A DNA stretch of 57,315 bases from Verrucomicrobiales bacterium (GTDB taxonomy: Bacteria > Verrucomicrobiota > Verrucomicrobiia > Limisphaerales > UBA9464): assembly GCA_005805505.1 (NCBI GenBank), contig SYMJ01000188.1:1-57315 (forward strand). The letters run 5' to 3'. Below, one piece after another: positions 1-7,287 of this stretch. The translations under genes were made by a program, and so were the position numbers. The notes below the pieces were generated by a model. It made no database searches and was not told the DNA's origin. It worked only from the letters and a program-made list of their open reading frames with translations. The first letter of the stretch is position 1. Each line of letters begins with the position of its first letter.

Positions 1-393
1 CTCAAAAACTCTTGAAAGCGAGTTCTGCATCCGGGCGTGGGAACGAGCCATGGAAGCCGGCTGGGAGGCCCCATGGATCTCGAACAAGGATCAAGGCTCT
101 CAGTTCACGAGTGAGGCGTACATTGAGGCGATTGAATCCGTTGGCACACAGGTCAGCATGGACGGCAAAGGGGGTGGATGGACAATCGGTTGATCGAGCG
201 ACTTTGGAAAAGCGTGAAGTACTAGGACGTGTACGTGCGCAATTATCTGGACGCGATGGAACTGGGCCGTGGTCTTGGGAGTTGGTTCCGGGATTATAAC
301 AACCATCGCCCGCATGAGGTGCTGAACCACGCCACACATGGGGAAGTGTACCGCGATCAGCGAGCACACGGCAGCTTCATCTTGGGTAGATAA
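1..393 (+). pseudogene. 3' fragment of an IS3-like (rve/DDE integrase-core) transposase, disrupted
   Basis: Frame 2 reads ...WISNKDQGSQFTSEAYIEAIESVGTQVSMDGKG. After a G5 run (170-174) the homology continues in frame 1 as WMDNRLIERLWKSVKY-TAG(223-225)-DVYVRNYLDAMELGRGLGSWFRDYNNHRPHEVL and ends at TAA 391-393. DQGSQFTS and DNxxIERLWxSxKYE are rve-domain hallmarks. The 5' end runs off the window. Confidence 0.8.
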
Positions 394-869
394 GGCCGGG
401 GGAGGTCTGGCGACAGAGGCGATCTGTGAGGAAAGCTCACGGGGTAAACGCGCCCAAAACCACACCTGATGTCAGACCTAAAAGCTTAACGTAAATTTTC
501 TGCTTTTTGGTCCAATTGTTGGGGTCCACCTCAGGATGCCAGCTGGCCCTTTATCGAGGCCTTCCATACTCATCAAAACGAGCAAAATAAAGCCCACCCC
601 ATTGGACCGTTTTTGTCCTACCGCAACTGAGAAACTCATGGGCAAAAGTTGCATTATTCTCCGTAGCCAAAGGATTTCCATGAGCCCTAAGACCCGCCCT
701 CAAAGCCAAGCCCGTTGGTACGAGAAAAAATATGAATGGAGCAGCCCTAGCAAAAAAGTGCTGATTGACCGACCAGAGAGTTTGGTTGGTCGTTGTCTAT
801 CCAAAGGCAACTAGCCGCCAACCTCGTTTCCAGCTTACACCACCACCGTCAGTCAATCCCGAACCCTTG

Positions 870-1874
870 ATGATATCTGATGACGTAGCCATTTTCTGGG
901 CCAAAACTTACCAGAATTCGCGGGACCAAGAAGTTCCGGGCATTTCGGTCCTAGACCACTGCGTCAACGTCGGCTGGGTGGCACACAACCTCGTTGAGAG
1001 ATTGCCGAGGGGGGTGACGACCTTGCTGCCAGGCGACGATGGCCGATCCACTGCAGTGCTCGCTGCCCTGCACGACATCGGCAAGATTACGTTAGGGTTC
1101 CAGACCAAATGCCTGGCATGGACTGTTCCGATTGAGTTGGGTGACCGCTCCAAGCGCGAAGCCTCGCTGTCTATTTGCGATCATGCGCTGGTCAGCCAAG
1201 TATTTCTTCAGGACCAACTGAAGGCTGTTGGAGCTCACCTTTGGGCCGCGGCCATCGGCGCCCATCACGGGCGTCCAAAAGGGCGTAATGTAAAACGTCT
1301 CGATTTTGAGGCATGCGATGGTTGGGCGGAAGCGAACCGCAAGGTAGTTGCCCAAAAGTTGATCAACCTTTTTGGTTCGTTGCCAAAAAAACCTCCCGAG
1401 CCACGGTTTGGTCCAGCCCATTCTGACCTGTGGCTCTTGGCCGGCTTGATCACCGTCGCCGATTGGATCGGTTCCAATGAGGCTTTTTTCCCAGTGGACC
1501 GTGGCCTGCCGTCGGAGGAAAGCCGGCAGCGGGCTGCGCAGGCATTGGCAGCCATCGGATGGCCAGGCGGAGAACTACGGATGACCTCGTTTTCCGAGGC
1601 GTTCACCGGCTCGGAAAGCCCTTCGTTTCAGCCCAACTCCGTCCAGGAAACCGTTGCGAAGTCAGCCCCTGGGCTTGTCATCGTTGAAGCTCCGATGGGA
1701 TGTGGCAAGACTGAGGCTGCCCTCCGGTTGGCCCAACAGTGGATCTCTGAGGGCCATCACCAAGGCATCTACTTCGCCCTACCGACGCAGGTGACGAGCA
1801 ACCGTATCCATAAGAGGGTTGCCGAATTCCTAAATCACACGCTGGCCAATCCTGCCAGCCTGCGGCTTAAATGA
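870..1874 (+). pseudogene. cas3: Truncated type I-E cas3 (HD nuclease domain plus helicase motifs I and Ia only)
   Basis: Motifs: FWAKT near the N-terminus; HD-domain motifs LDHCVNVG, LHDIGK and HHGRP; helicase motif I APMGCGKTEAAL; motif Ia YFALPTQVTSN. The ORF stops after about 335 codons, whereas Cas3 is normally about 850-950 aa. The probable ATG is at 870; the listed ORF opens at 765. Confidence 0.85.
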
Positions 1875-1894
1875 GCTTACCAGATAATGTATTT

Positions 1895-2106
1895 GTTCTC
1901 CCCACCCGCGTGGGGATGGTCCGGAATTACACCTGTCCCGGCAACGTGTCCATCAGTTCTCCCCACCCGCGTGGGGATGGTCCGTTCTCGGATAGTTCTC
2001 ACGGGTTAGCCTTACTGTTCTCCCCACCCGCGTGGGGATGGTCCGCGGGTCGATGAGATCAACGCCAAGGACCAACCGTTCTCCCCACCCGCGTGGGGAT
2101 GATCCG
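1895..2106 (+). CRISPR. CRISPR remnant: four 29-nt repeats and three 32-nt spacers, type I-E-like repeat
   Basis: Repeat GTTCTCCCCACCCGCGTGGGGATGGTCCG occurs at 1895-1923, 1956-1984 and 2017-2045. The copy at 2078-2106 has one mismatch (GATGATCCG). Spacers are 1924-1955, 1985-2016 and 2046-2077, each 32 nt. Internal palindrome is CCCCAC-CCGC-GTGGGG. The repeat has the same orientation and architecture as the E. coli I-E repeat. Confidence 0.95.
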
Positions 2107-2298
2107 GTGAAAAGACATCGCGTGCTGTTTGGCTTCGATGAGCGACCGCAACCAATTGTGCTCGGTCGTTTGCCGTCTCCGGTTGGACGGGACCTTGGAA
2201 TGCCGCAGCGAACTGTCCCAGACGGCTGCGGATGTCGCTGAGGGCGGCGGCAGAGCAGTGGGCCGAATCTTGGTTGCAGAGGAATTTTGGCAAGAAAT

Positions 2299-2728
2299 GG
2301 GCCGAGAGGACTCGTTCCTTACCGGGAGGTGGGCGGCCCGGAAGGGCCGCGAAGGCGGGTAAGGGCGGGGGACGCCGGGTCGGGGGACTCTGGCCTTCAG
2401 GGTGACGTTGCGGGTTGGTGGAGTGCTGTAGGCCCGGTTCTCAGCATCGTTCTGAAACCCGTAGAAAGTTGCCGGTTTGAAAACCATGGTTTTGCCGTGT
2501 TCTTGGGGGCGTTTTCTCCCGGATTGAGCGCCAGTGCTTCTTCCTTCTTCGAATGGATGTCACGAGCGTTCAACGCCGAGTAGGTCTAATCGGGATTCGC
2601 TTTGACACCTCCCAAGACCGGGCGGGATGAATGCGACGACAGGTTTCTGAAAAACGTGGTTTTCAAACCGGCAGGTTTCGTTGGTTTTCAAACCGTCGTT
2701 GACACCCGGTGCCCTCACCGGGCGGTCT
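2299..2728 (+). repeat. REP-like intergenic element, copy A, split by an insertion (2299-2438 plus 2705-2728)
   Basis: About 85-90% identical by eye to 3947-4116. Shared string: gggccgagagga...ccggaagggc(c/a)gcgaaggcgggtaagggcgggggacgcc...ggactctggccttcagggtgacgttgcgggttggtgg...ggcccggt. The tail gccctcaccgggcggtc resumes at 2711. Confidence 0.75.
2439..2704. mobile_element. MITE-like non-autonomous element (266 bp) with ~50-bp imperfect terminal inverted repeats
   Basis: It interrupts REP-like copy A exactly where copy B is continuous. It is flanked by duplicated cccggt (2433-2438 and 2705-2710). The left end aligns without gaps to the reverse complement of the right end, about 36/50 matches. 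The inner core gccggtttgaaaacca is perfect (2471-2486 versus 2657-2672). It has no credible ORF. Confidence 0.6.
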
Positions 2729-2757
2729 GCGTCTATAGAACCCCGTTTTGGGTGGAT

Positions 2758-3786
2758 TCACAGACCGACTGAAAATTCGGCGAGGCTCGGTACTCGGGCG
2801 GCGCGGCGCAGCAGATCCCTGAGGGCGCGATCATCGTCGAGGGTGTTAATGCGCTCGCGCACGGAGTCAGGCACCTCGCCGAACCGACTGTCGAGAACAT
2901 CAAGAATCGCCTCGCGGGCGGTTTGGACGATGCCTTTTTCAAGGCCTTCCTGGCGGCCTTCCAAGAGACCTTTCTGGATACCTTTCTCGAGGCCTTCTTT
3001 AAGGGCGAGTTCTTCGAAGAGGGTGATGTGGGGCATGATTTTGTCGGTTAGGCGTTGCTGGAGTTGGTTTCTGAACTGGATCTTAAGGTCGTCGGGCAGC
3101 GGTATCAACCAGTCGATCAGGCGGTGCAATTGTTGGATTTCCGATGGGGAGTATCCCTCGTTGCCGAGTTTGACGGTGAGTTCGAGGAGGCAGGCGAAGA
3201 GGTTCTGTGGGTTCCGGCGGTACTGTTGGGTGCCGAGATGGGCGGCGATAATAAATAGGGCCTGTTGGTGCCGATAGCGCGGGTCGTCGAGTTTGCCTTT
3301 GAAGTCGATGGTCTTGCAGATGAGGAAGAGGAAGGTGATGCCGCAGCCGAGGGATTGGTAGTGGTACGATGTGGGGCGCCATTTCCGGCTGGTGTCTCCG
3401 AGGATGGCAAGGGTGAGCGGGCTGACGCCGTATTTGTCGAAGATGCGGTAGTGGTAGATGAAAAGGCGCTTGGGCAGACCGGGGTCGTAGTGCATCTGGA
3501 CCTCGATGTGGATGTAAAGCCACTGGTCGGTGCCATCGAGGAGGCGGACTTTGAGAAGTTTGTCGACCCGCTTGGCCCCGACCTCGGAGGCCGGGGTGAT
3601 CTCGCGGAGTTCCTGCTCGAGTGATTCGGGCTGGACTGACCAATCGATGCCGGCGGCGACCTCGGGAAAGGTGACTTCAAGGAAAGACCGGGTGAACTGT
3701 TCGATGGTGTCTTTCCAAGGGCTGTCGTGATTGAGCGGCTTGGCCATGTCCCCAGTTATTCGCTCGGCCCCGACCGAACCTTTCAT
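2758..3786 (-). CDS. Rpn/YhgA-like PD-(D/E)XK recombination-promoting nuclease / putative transposase with DUF4351-like C-terminal tail
   Basis: Motifs: N-terminal HDSPWKD...F; RVDKLLKV...WLYIHIEVQ (D...E-x-Q nuclease core); YHYRIF. The C-terminal helical tail is EGLEKGIQKGLLEGRQEGLEKG...RFGEVPDSVRERI. An alternative start, MAKPLNHD, is at 3747. Confidence 0.75.
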   Translation of the reverse strand: MKGSVGAERITGDMAKPLNHDSPWKDTIEQFTRSFLEVTFPEVAAGIDWSVQPESLEQELREITPASEVGAKRVDKLLKVRLLDGTDQWLYIHIEVQMHYDPGLPKRLFIYHYRIFDKYGVSPLTLAILGDTSRKWRPTSYHYQSLGCGITFLFLICKTIDFKGKLDDPRYRHQQALFIIAAHLGTQQYRRNPQNLFACLLELTVKLGNEGYSPSEIQQLHRLIDWLIPLPDDLKIQFRNQLQQRLTDKIMPHITLFEELALKEGLEKGIQKGLLEGRQEGLEKGIVQTAREAILDVLDSRFGEVPDSVRERINTLDDDRALRDLLRRAARVPSLAEFSVGL

Positions 3787-3946
3787 CGACGACGAAATTT
3801 GTTAAACGAGCGAAGTAGAGGGAAGGGCAGCTCAGAAGGTAGGGCGATTTCTCCGAAAGCGCCGTGTTACGTACAGCCGGCTCGGAGATCGGAGCCCTAC
3901 CTGGGAAGGGTGGGGTGCTTTCTGCGAAAGCGCCGAGGGCACGTGC

Positions 3947-4116
3947 GGGCCGAGAGGACCCGATCCTGGCGGCCCCGGAAGGGCAGCGAAGGCGGGTAAG
4001 GGCGGGGGACGCCAGGTAGGAGGACTCTGGCCTTCAGGGTGACGTTGCGGGTTGGTGGTGCGCTGCAGGCCCGGTGCCCTCACCGGGCGGTCTTGAGGGC
4101 GGTCTTGAGGGCGGTC
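3947..4116 (+). repeat. REP-like intergenic element, copy B (intact)
   Basis: It is a direct repeat of copy A. It contains the hairpin gcccggtg-ccct-caccgggc (4069-4088) followed by 2.7 copies of gggcggtcttga (4085-4116). It lies at the 3' end of the minus-strand gene that ends at 4172. Confidence 0.75.
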
Positions 4117-4171
4117 GATTCAAACGTGTTCCGACGGCGGGCGATGGGATCCGAAACTGAGAACCGAATAA

Positions 4172-5146
4172 TCAACGTTCGGGCGGAGAGCTGATCGAGC
4201 TGAGAATTTCCCGGGCCACGGTGGGGATGAGGTCTCGTTCGGTGGCGTGATCGGTGGTGAAAATTACCAGGATGATGCGTTTGCCGGAGGGGAGTTCCAC
4301 GAGGGCGGCATCGTGGCGGGTCTGACTTGTCAGGCCACACTTGGACCACAGCTTCGTGCCGGGCTTTAGTGCGAGTCCGGTGTACCCATGTGCCTGGTCT
4401 TCGGGGTCGGTGGCCGGTGCGGTGAAATCTCGGGCCATGAGCTCTAGCATCTGGCGCGATCGGTCGGGGTTGACGCACTGTCCCAGCGCCATCTCAAGCA
4501 CCAGGCGCGCCGTGGCTTCGGTGGTCAGGAAATTGCGCCGGGGCTCATAGGCGGCGATGGCCTGACTTTCCCGCCCATACGGGCCTTCGCACCAGGGCTT
4601 CTTGCTGGCGTTGATCGCGCTCGAATAACCCATGGAATGGAACCAGCGATTCACCGCGTTGCGCCGTTCCCACCAGCTCTTCAGGTCCGCTTCGGGCAGT
4701 TCTGGTCCGCTGGTGGTGCCGGTGAGGAGATCGATGAGGTAGTGGGTGGGCTCGTTGTACGACTCTACGATCATGTCGCGGAGGGCCCGTCGCACTTCGG
4801 GCGTGTCTTGGATTTTTCGGTCCTCCATCCAGCGATGCACGGCGGCTTGATAGAACAGCTTGATGACGCTCGCCGGGTAGACGGGTTCCGTGCCTCGGGC
4901 CGAGGCGAAGGTGGGCTTCCGGGGTTCGCTCAAATCCACGGCCGTGACGGCGAGTTGCTGGGCCTGAAGCGGCGGGTTCCAAGTCCGGGCCAAGGTCTTG
5001 GCAACGGCTTGATCCACCGAGCGCTGCAAGGCCAGGGAATGCGAGGCCGATGTGTGGCCGGCCAGATCGGGTTCGGCGGCCATCGAAGTCATCCCCAGGC
5101 AGGCGAGAGCGATGGCGGCCATGAGGAGTTCAATCGCGTTTCTCAT
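4172..5146 (-). CDS. Secreted serine hydrolase, class A beta-lactamase-related
   Basis: It has an N-terminal signal-like segment. Motifs are S-x-x-K (ASVIK), S-x-N-like (ESYNE) and a K-T/S-G variant (SKCG). An alternative start is at 5122. Confidence 0.6.
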   Translation of the reverse strand: MRNAIELLMAAIALACLGMTSMAAEPDLAGHTSASHSLALQRSVDQAVAKTLARTWNPPLQAQQLAVTAVDLSEPRKPTFASARGTEPVYPASVIKLFYQAAVHRWMEDRKIQDTPEVRRALRDMIVESYNEPTHYLIDLLTGTTSGPELPEADLKSWWERRNAVNRWFHSMGYSSAINASKKPWCEGPYGRESQAIAAYEPRRNFLTTEATARLVLEMALGQCVNPDRSRQMLELMARDFTAPATDPEDQAHGYTGLALKPGTKLWSKCGLTSQTRHDAALVELPSGKRIILVIFTTDHATERDLIPTVAREILSSISSPPER

Positions 5147-5720
5147 CGGGGCGCTCTAAAAATCGCATGACCGTGTCGCCGTGTCGCATGTCCTTGCGCT
5201 CCTTCCAGGTGGCGGGGATTTCCAGGGTGTCGCGCTTGGTGTGGCCCGCCACAAACAACCCGCCGGGTGCCAAAAGTCCTGGCAACACGATGTCGTCGAG
5301 CAGCAGTTGGGCGAGGGAGGTCGATCGACGGCCCACGTTCTTCTCGCCGTAGGGAGGGTCGGCGATGATGAGGTCAAATTGGCGTCCGCTTTGAGCCAGT
5401 TGGGGAAACACCAAAAACACATCCTGAACGCGCAGAGTTACCGCAGTGACGGGTAATCCTGAGGCGGCGAGATTTTGGCGAAAGAATCGGGCGTGTTTCT
5501 CAGACTTCTCGATGCTGACCATTTCTCGAGCGCCGCGGCTCAGGCATTCTAGTCCCAAGGCTCCGCTGCCGGCGAACAAGTCTAAGACCCGGGCCCCGTC
5601 CAAGAAGGCTCCCAGGCTGTTGAAAACCGCCAGTTTGACCTTGTCGGGCGTGGGGCGGACTCCGAGTCCTTCTGGAACCTTCAGTAGTCGGCCTGCAGCC
5701 AGTCCTCCGATAATGCGCAT
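5130..5720 (-). CDS. rsmD: 16S rRNA (guanine966-N2)-methyltransferase
   Basis: Motifs: MRIIGG...RPTPDKVK.AVFN, SAM motif LDLFAGSGALGLE, and catalytic DPPY. The ATG is at 5718-5720. The listed 465-aa ORF is an upstream read-through antisense to gpx. Confidence 0.9.
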   Translation of the reverse strand: MRIIGGLAAGRLLKVPEGLGVRPTPDKVKLAVFNSLGAFLDGARVLDLFAGSGALGLECLSRGAREMVSIEKSEKHARFFRQNLAASGLPVTAVTLRVQDVFLVFPQLAQSGRQFDLIIADPPYGEKNVGRRSTSLAQLLLDDIVLPGLLAPGGLFVAGHTKRDTLEIPATWKERKDMRHGDTVMRFLERPDEKRD

Positions 5721-5810
5721 GGCCTGAGAGTGGGCCTCAGCGCCCAACCAGCAAGCATCGGTTGAAAGCGCACGGTTGACTCCCTGCGAGATGGGGTAAC
5801 ATTTCCAAAA

Positions 5811-6371
5811 ATGAATAAGTCCCTTATCACCGGCCTGACCCGCGTCATCGCCCTGGCCGCAACCACCTTCACCATGATCGCATCCACTCCTCTCCAAGAG
5901 GTCAAACTTAAGGACATCGACGGCAAGGATACCTCCCTCAAAGCCTACTCCGGTAAGGTGCTGTTGGTGGTCAACGTCGCCTCGCAATGCGGTCTGACCC
6001 CGCAGTACAAGCAGTTGGAATCGCTGTATAAGAAGTACCACGGGCAGGGTCTCGAGGTGCTCGGATTTCCGTGCAATCAGTTCGGAGCTCAGGAGCCGGG
6101 CACGGCCGATGAGATTAAGAGCTTCTGCTCGACCAAGTACTCGGTGAGCTTCCCGCTCTTCGCCAAACTGAACGTCAACCCGCCGGAGCAGCACCCGTTG
6201 TACTCGGTGCTCTCGGGTAAAGAGGCCGCGTTTCCGGGCCCGATCGAATGGAACTTTGGTAAGTTCCTCGTGGGCCGTGACGGCAAGGTGCTGCATCGCT
6301 TCAGCCCTCGCACTCAGCCCGATGCCACCGAGGTGGTTGCAGCCATTGAGGCGGCCTTGAAGGCGAAGTGA
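5811..6371 (+). CDS. gpx: Glutathione peroxidase (Cys-type)
   Basis: Motifs: VNVASQCGLT (TGC Cys codon, not TGA), LGFPCNQFG, WNFGKFLV. An N-terminal hydrophobic segment is present. Confidence 0.9.
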   Translation: MNKSLITGLTRVIALAATTFTMIASTPLQEVKLKDIDGKDTSLKAYSGKVLLVVNVASQCGLTPQYKQLESLYKKYHGQGLEVLGFPCNQFGAQEPGTADEIKSFCSTKYSVSFPLFAKLNVNPPEQHPLYSVLSGKEAAFPGPIEWNFGKFLVGRDGKVLHRFSPRTQPDATEVVAAIEAALKAK

Positions 6372-6404
6372 TTTCGGGGGGCAGCAGGCTTCCTTTAAAA
6401 TAGC

Positions 6405-6430
6405 AAAAGCCCGCCGACAGGCGGGCTTTT
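6405..6430. terminator. Bidirectional rho-independent terminator
   Basis: Sequence aaaagcccgcc-gaca-ggcgggctttt gives an 8-bp GC stem flanked by A4 and T4. It lies between the convergent genes gpx and ilvN. Confidence 0.75.
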
Positions 6431-6439
6431 CTGTATCCC

Positions 6440-6461
6440 CCCGCCAACCGGCGGGTTTTTT
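6440..6461 (+). terminator. Rho-independent terminator
   Basis: Sequence cccgcc-aacc-ggcggg is followed by T6. Confidence 0.65.
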
Positions 6462-6501
6462 CGTGGCCGGATTCCCCGCCGTAAAGGGGGAATCCGCAGG
6501 C

Positions 6502-6975
6502 TCAGTTCCGGGGCAGGGCGACCACACCGGTGCGGGTGAGGTCGAGGATGCCGAAATCCTTCAACAGCAGCAGGAACTGGTTGATCTTGGTTTCGGCCCC
6601 GGTGATCTCGATGACGATGTTGTCGGGTTGCACGTTGACCACCTTGGCGCGGAAGAGTTCAGCCAGTTGGCAGATTTCGGCCCGGTTCTGGCCATTGGCC
6701 GACACGCGGACGAGGACCAGTTCCCGGTCGATGTAGTCCGTCTTGCTGTAGTTTACGATTTTGACCGAATCGATGAGCTTCTCGAGCTGTTTGCAAATTT
6801 GCTCGACCGTGGCGTCATCCCCTCGGGTGACGATGGTCATCCGGCTGAGGGTGGCATCATGGGTTGGGGCGACATTCAGCGAGTCGATGTTGTAGCCGCG
6901 GCCGCTAAATAGGCCGGAGACGCGGGTCAGGACGCCGAACTTATTTTCGACGAGCACGGAGATGGTGTGGCGCAT
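6502..6975 (-). CDS. ilvN: Acetolactate synthase small (regulatory, ACT-domain) subunit
   Basis: Sequence MRHTISVLVENKFGVLTRVSGLFSGRGYNIDSL...RMTIV is the classic IlvN/IlvH N-terminus. The ATG is at 6973-6975. Confidence 0.9.
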   Translation of the reverse strand: MRHTISVLVENKFGVLTRVSGLFSGRGYNIDSLNVAPTHDATLSRMTIVTRGDDATVEQICKQLEKLIDSVKIVNYSKTDYIDRELVLVRVSANGQNRAEICQLAELFRAKVVNVQPDNIVIEITGAETKINQFLLLLKDFGILDLTRTGVVALPRN

Positions 6976-7287
6976 GGGATTTTCGCTTTTCACGGTATCG
7001 GTATTTCGGTTCGTGGAGGCTGGCCTGGACGCACCGTCTCTGGAAACGGGCCCCGCACAGAACCGAAGCCCGCGATCCTTTGCCGGAGACGCGGGCGACC
7101 TGGATTCCAAACAGTCGGCCAGTTCGCGTCAGCCCCGGAGGGTTACACGTACGGCTACCTGTTCACGCTTCGAAATCACGGAGCGACGTTATCGAAGCCC
7201 CCAAGCCAGCGGCAACGGCTATTTTCTAGTGAGGGATCTCCGGTGTTCAGGGCTTTGCGGACTCTGGCAACCGTGCCTAGTCTTTTG

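Noticed and set aside
478-814. Short ORFs 478-681 (-) and 536-814 (+) in the lower-GC stretch between the IS remnant and cas3.
   Set aside because: They have no motifs, odd composition and mutually overlapping frames. The stretch is more likely IS-end plus promoter DNA.
1924-2077. Self-targeting by the three CRISPR spacers.
   Set aside because: I saw no match to any spacer elsewhere in the 57-kb window by eye. This cannot exclude matches elsewhere in the genome.
2337-2370. ccggaagggc.gcgaaggc in the REP-like element, superficially like the SRP RNA domain IV motif.
   Set aside because: It is present in two copies within 2 kb as part of a repeat, and the surrounding helix 8 structure is absent.
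2059-2583. ORFs 2059-2487 (-) and 2287-2583 (+) downstream of the CRISPR array.
   Set aside because: They are built from the REP-like repeat and the MITE inverted repeats. The two 'MVFKP' starts are simply the two arms of the TIR read in opposite directions.
5960-5995. Possible selenocysteine in glutathione peroxidase.
   Set aside because: The active-site codon is TGC (Cys) in VASQCGLT. There is no in-frame TGA and no SECIS-like hairpin.
5721-6527. N-terminal 269-aa extension of the rsmD ORF (listed as 5130-6527).
   Set aside because: It runs antisense through the well-supported gpx gene and the terminators. RsmD homology begins at the MRIIGG start at 5720.
6967-7287. Upstream 107 codons of the CotH ORF.
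   Set aside because: It overlaps the ilvN start, has Arg/Pro-rich composition and no signal peptide. A proper signal-like N-terminus begins at ATG 7288.
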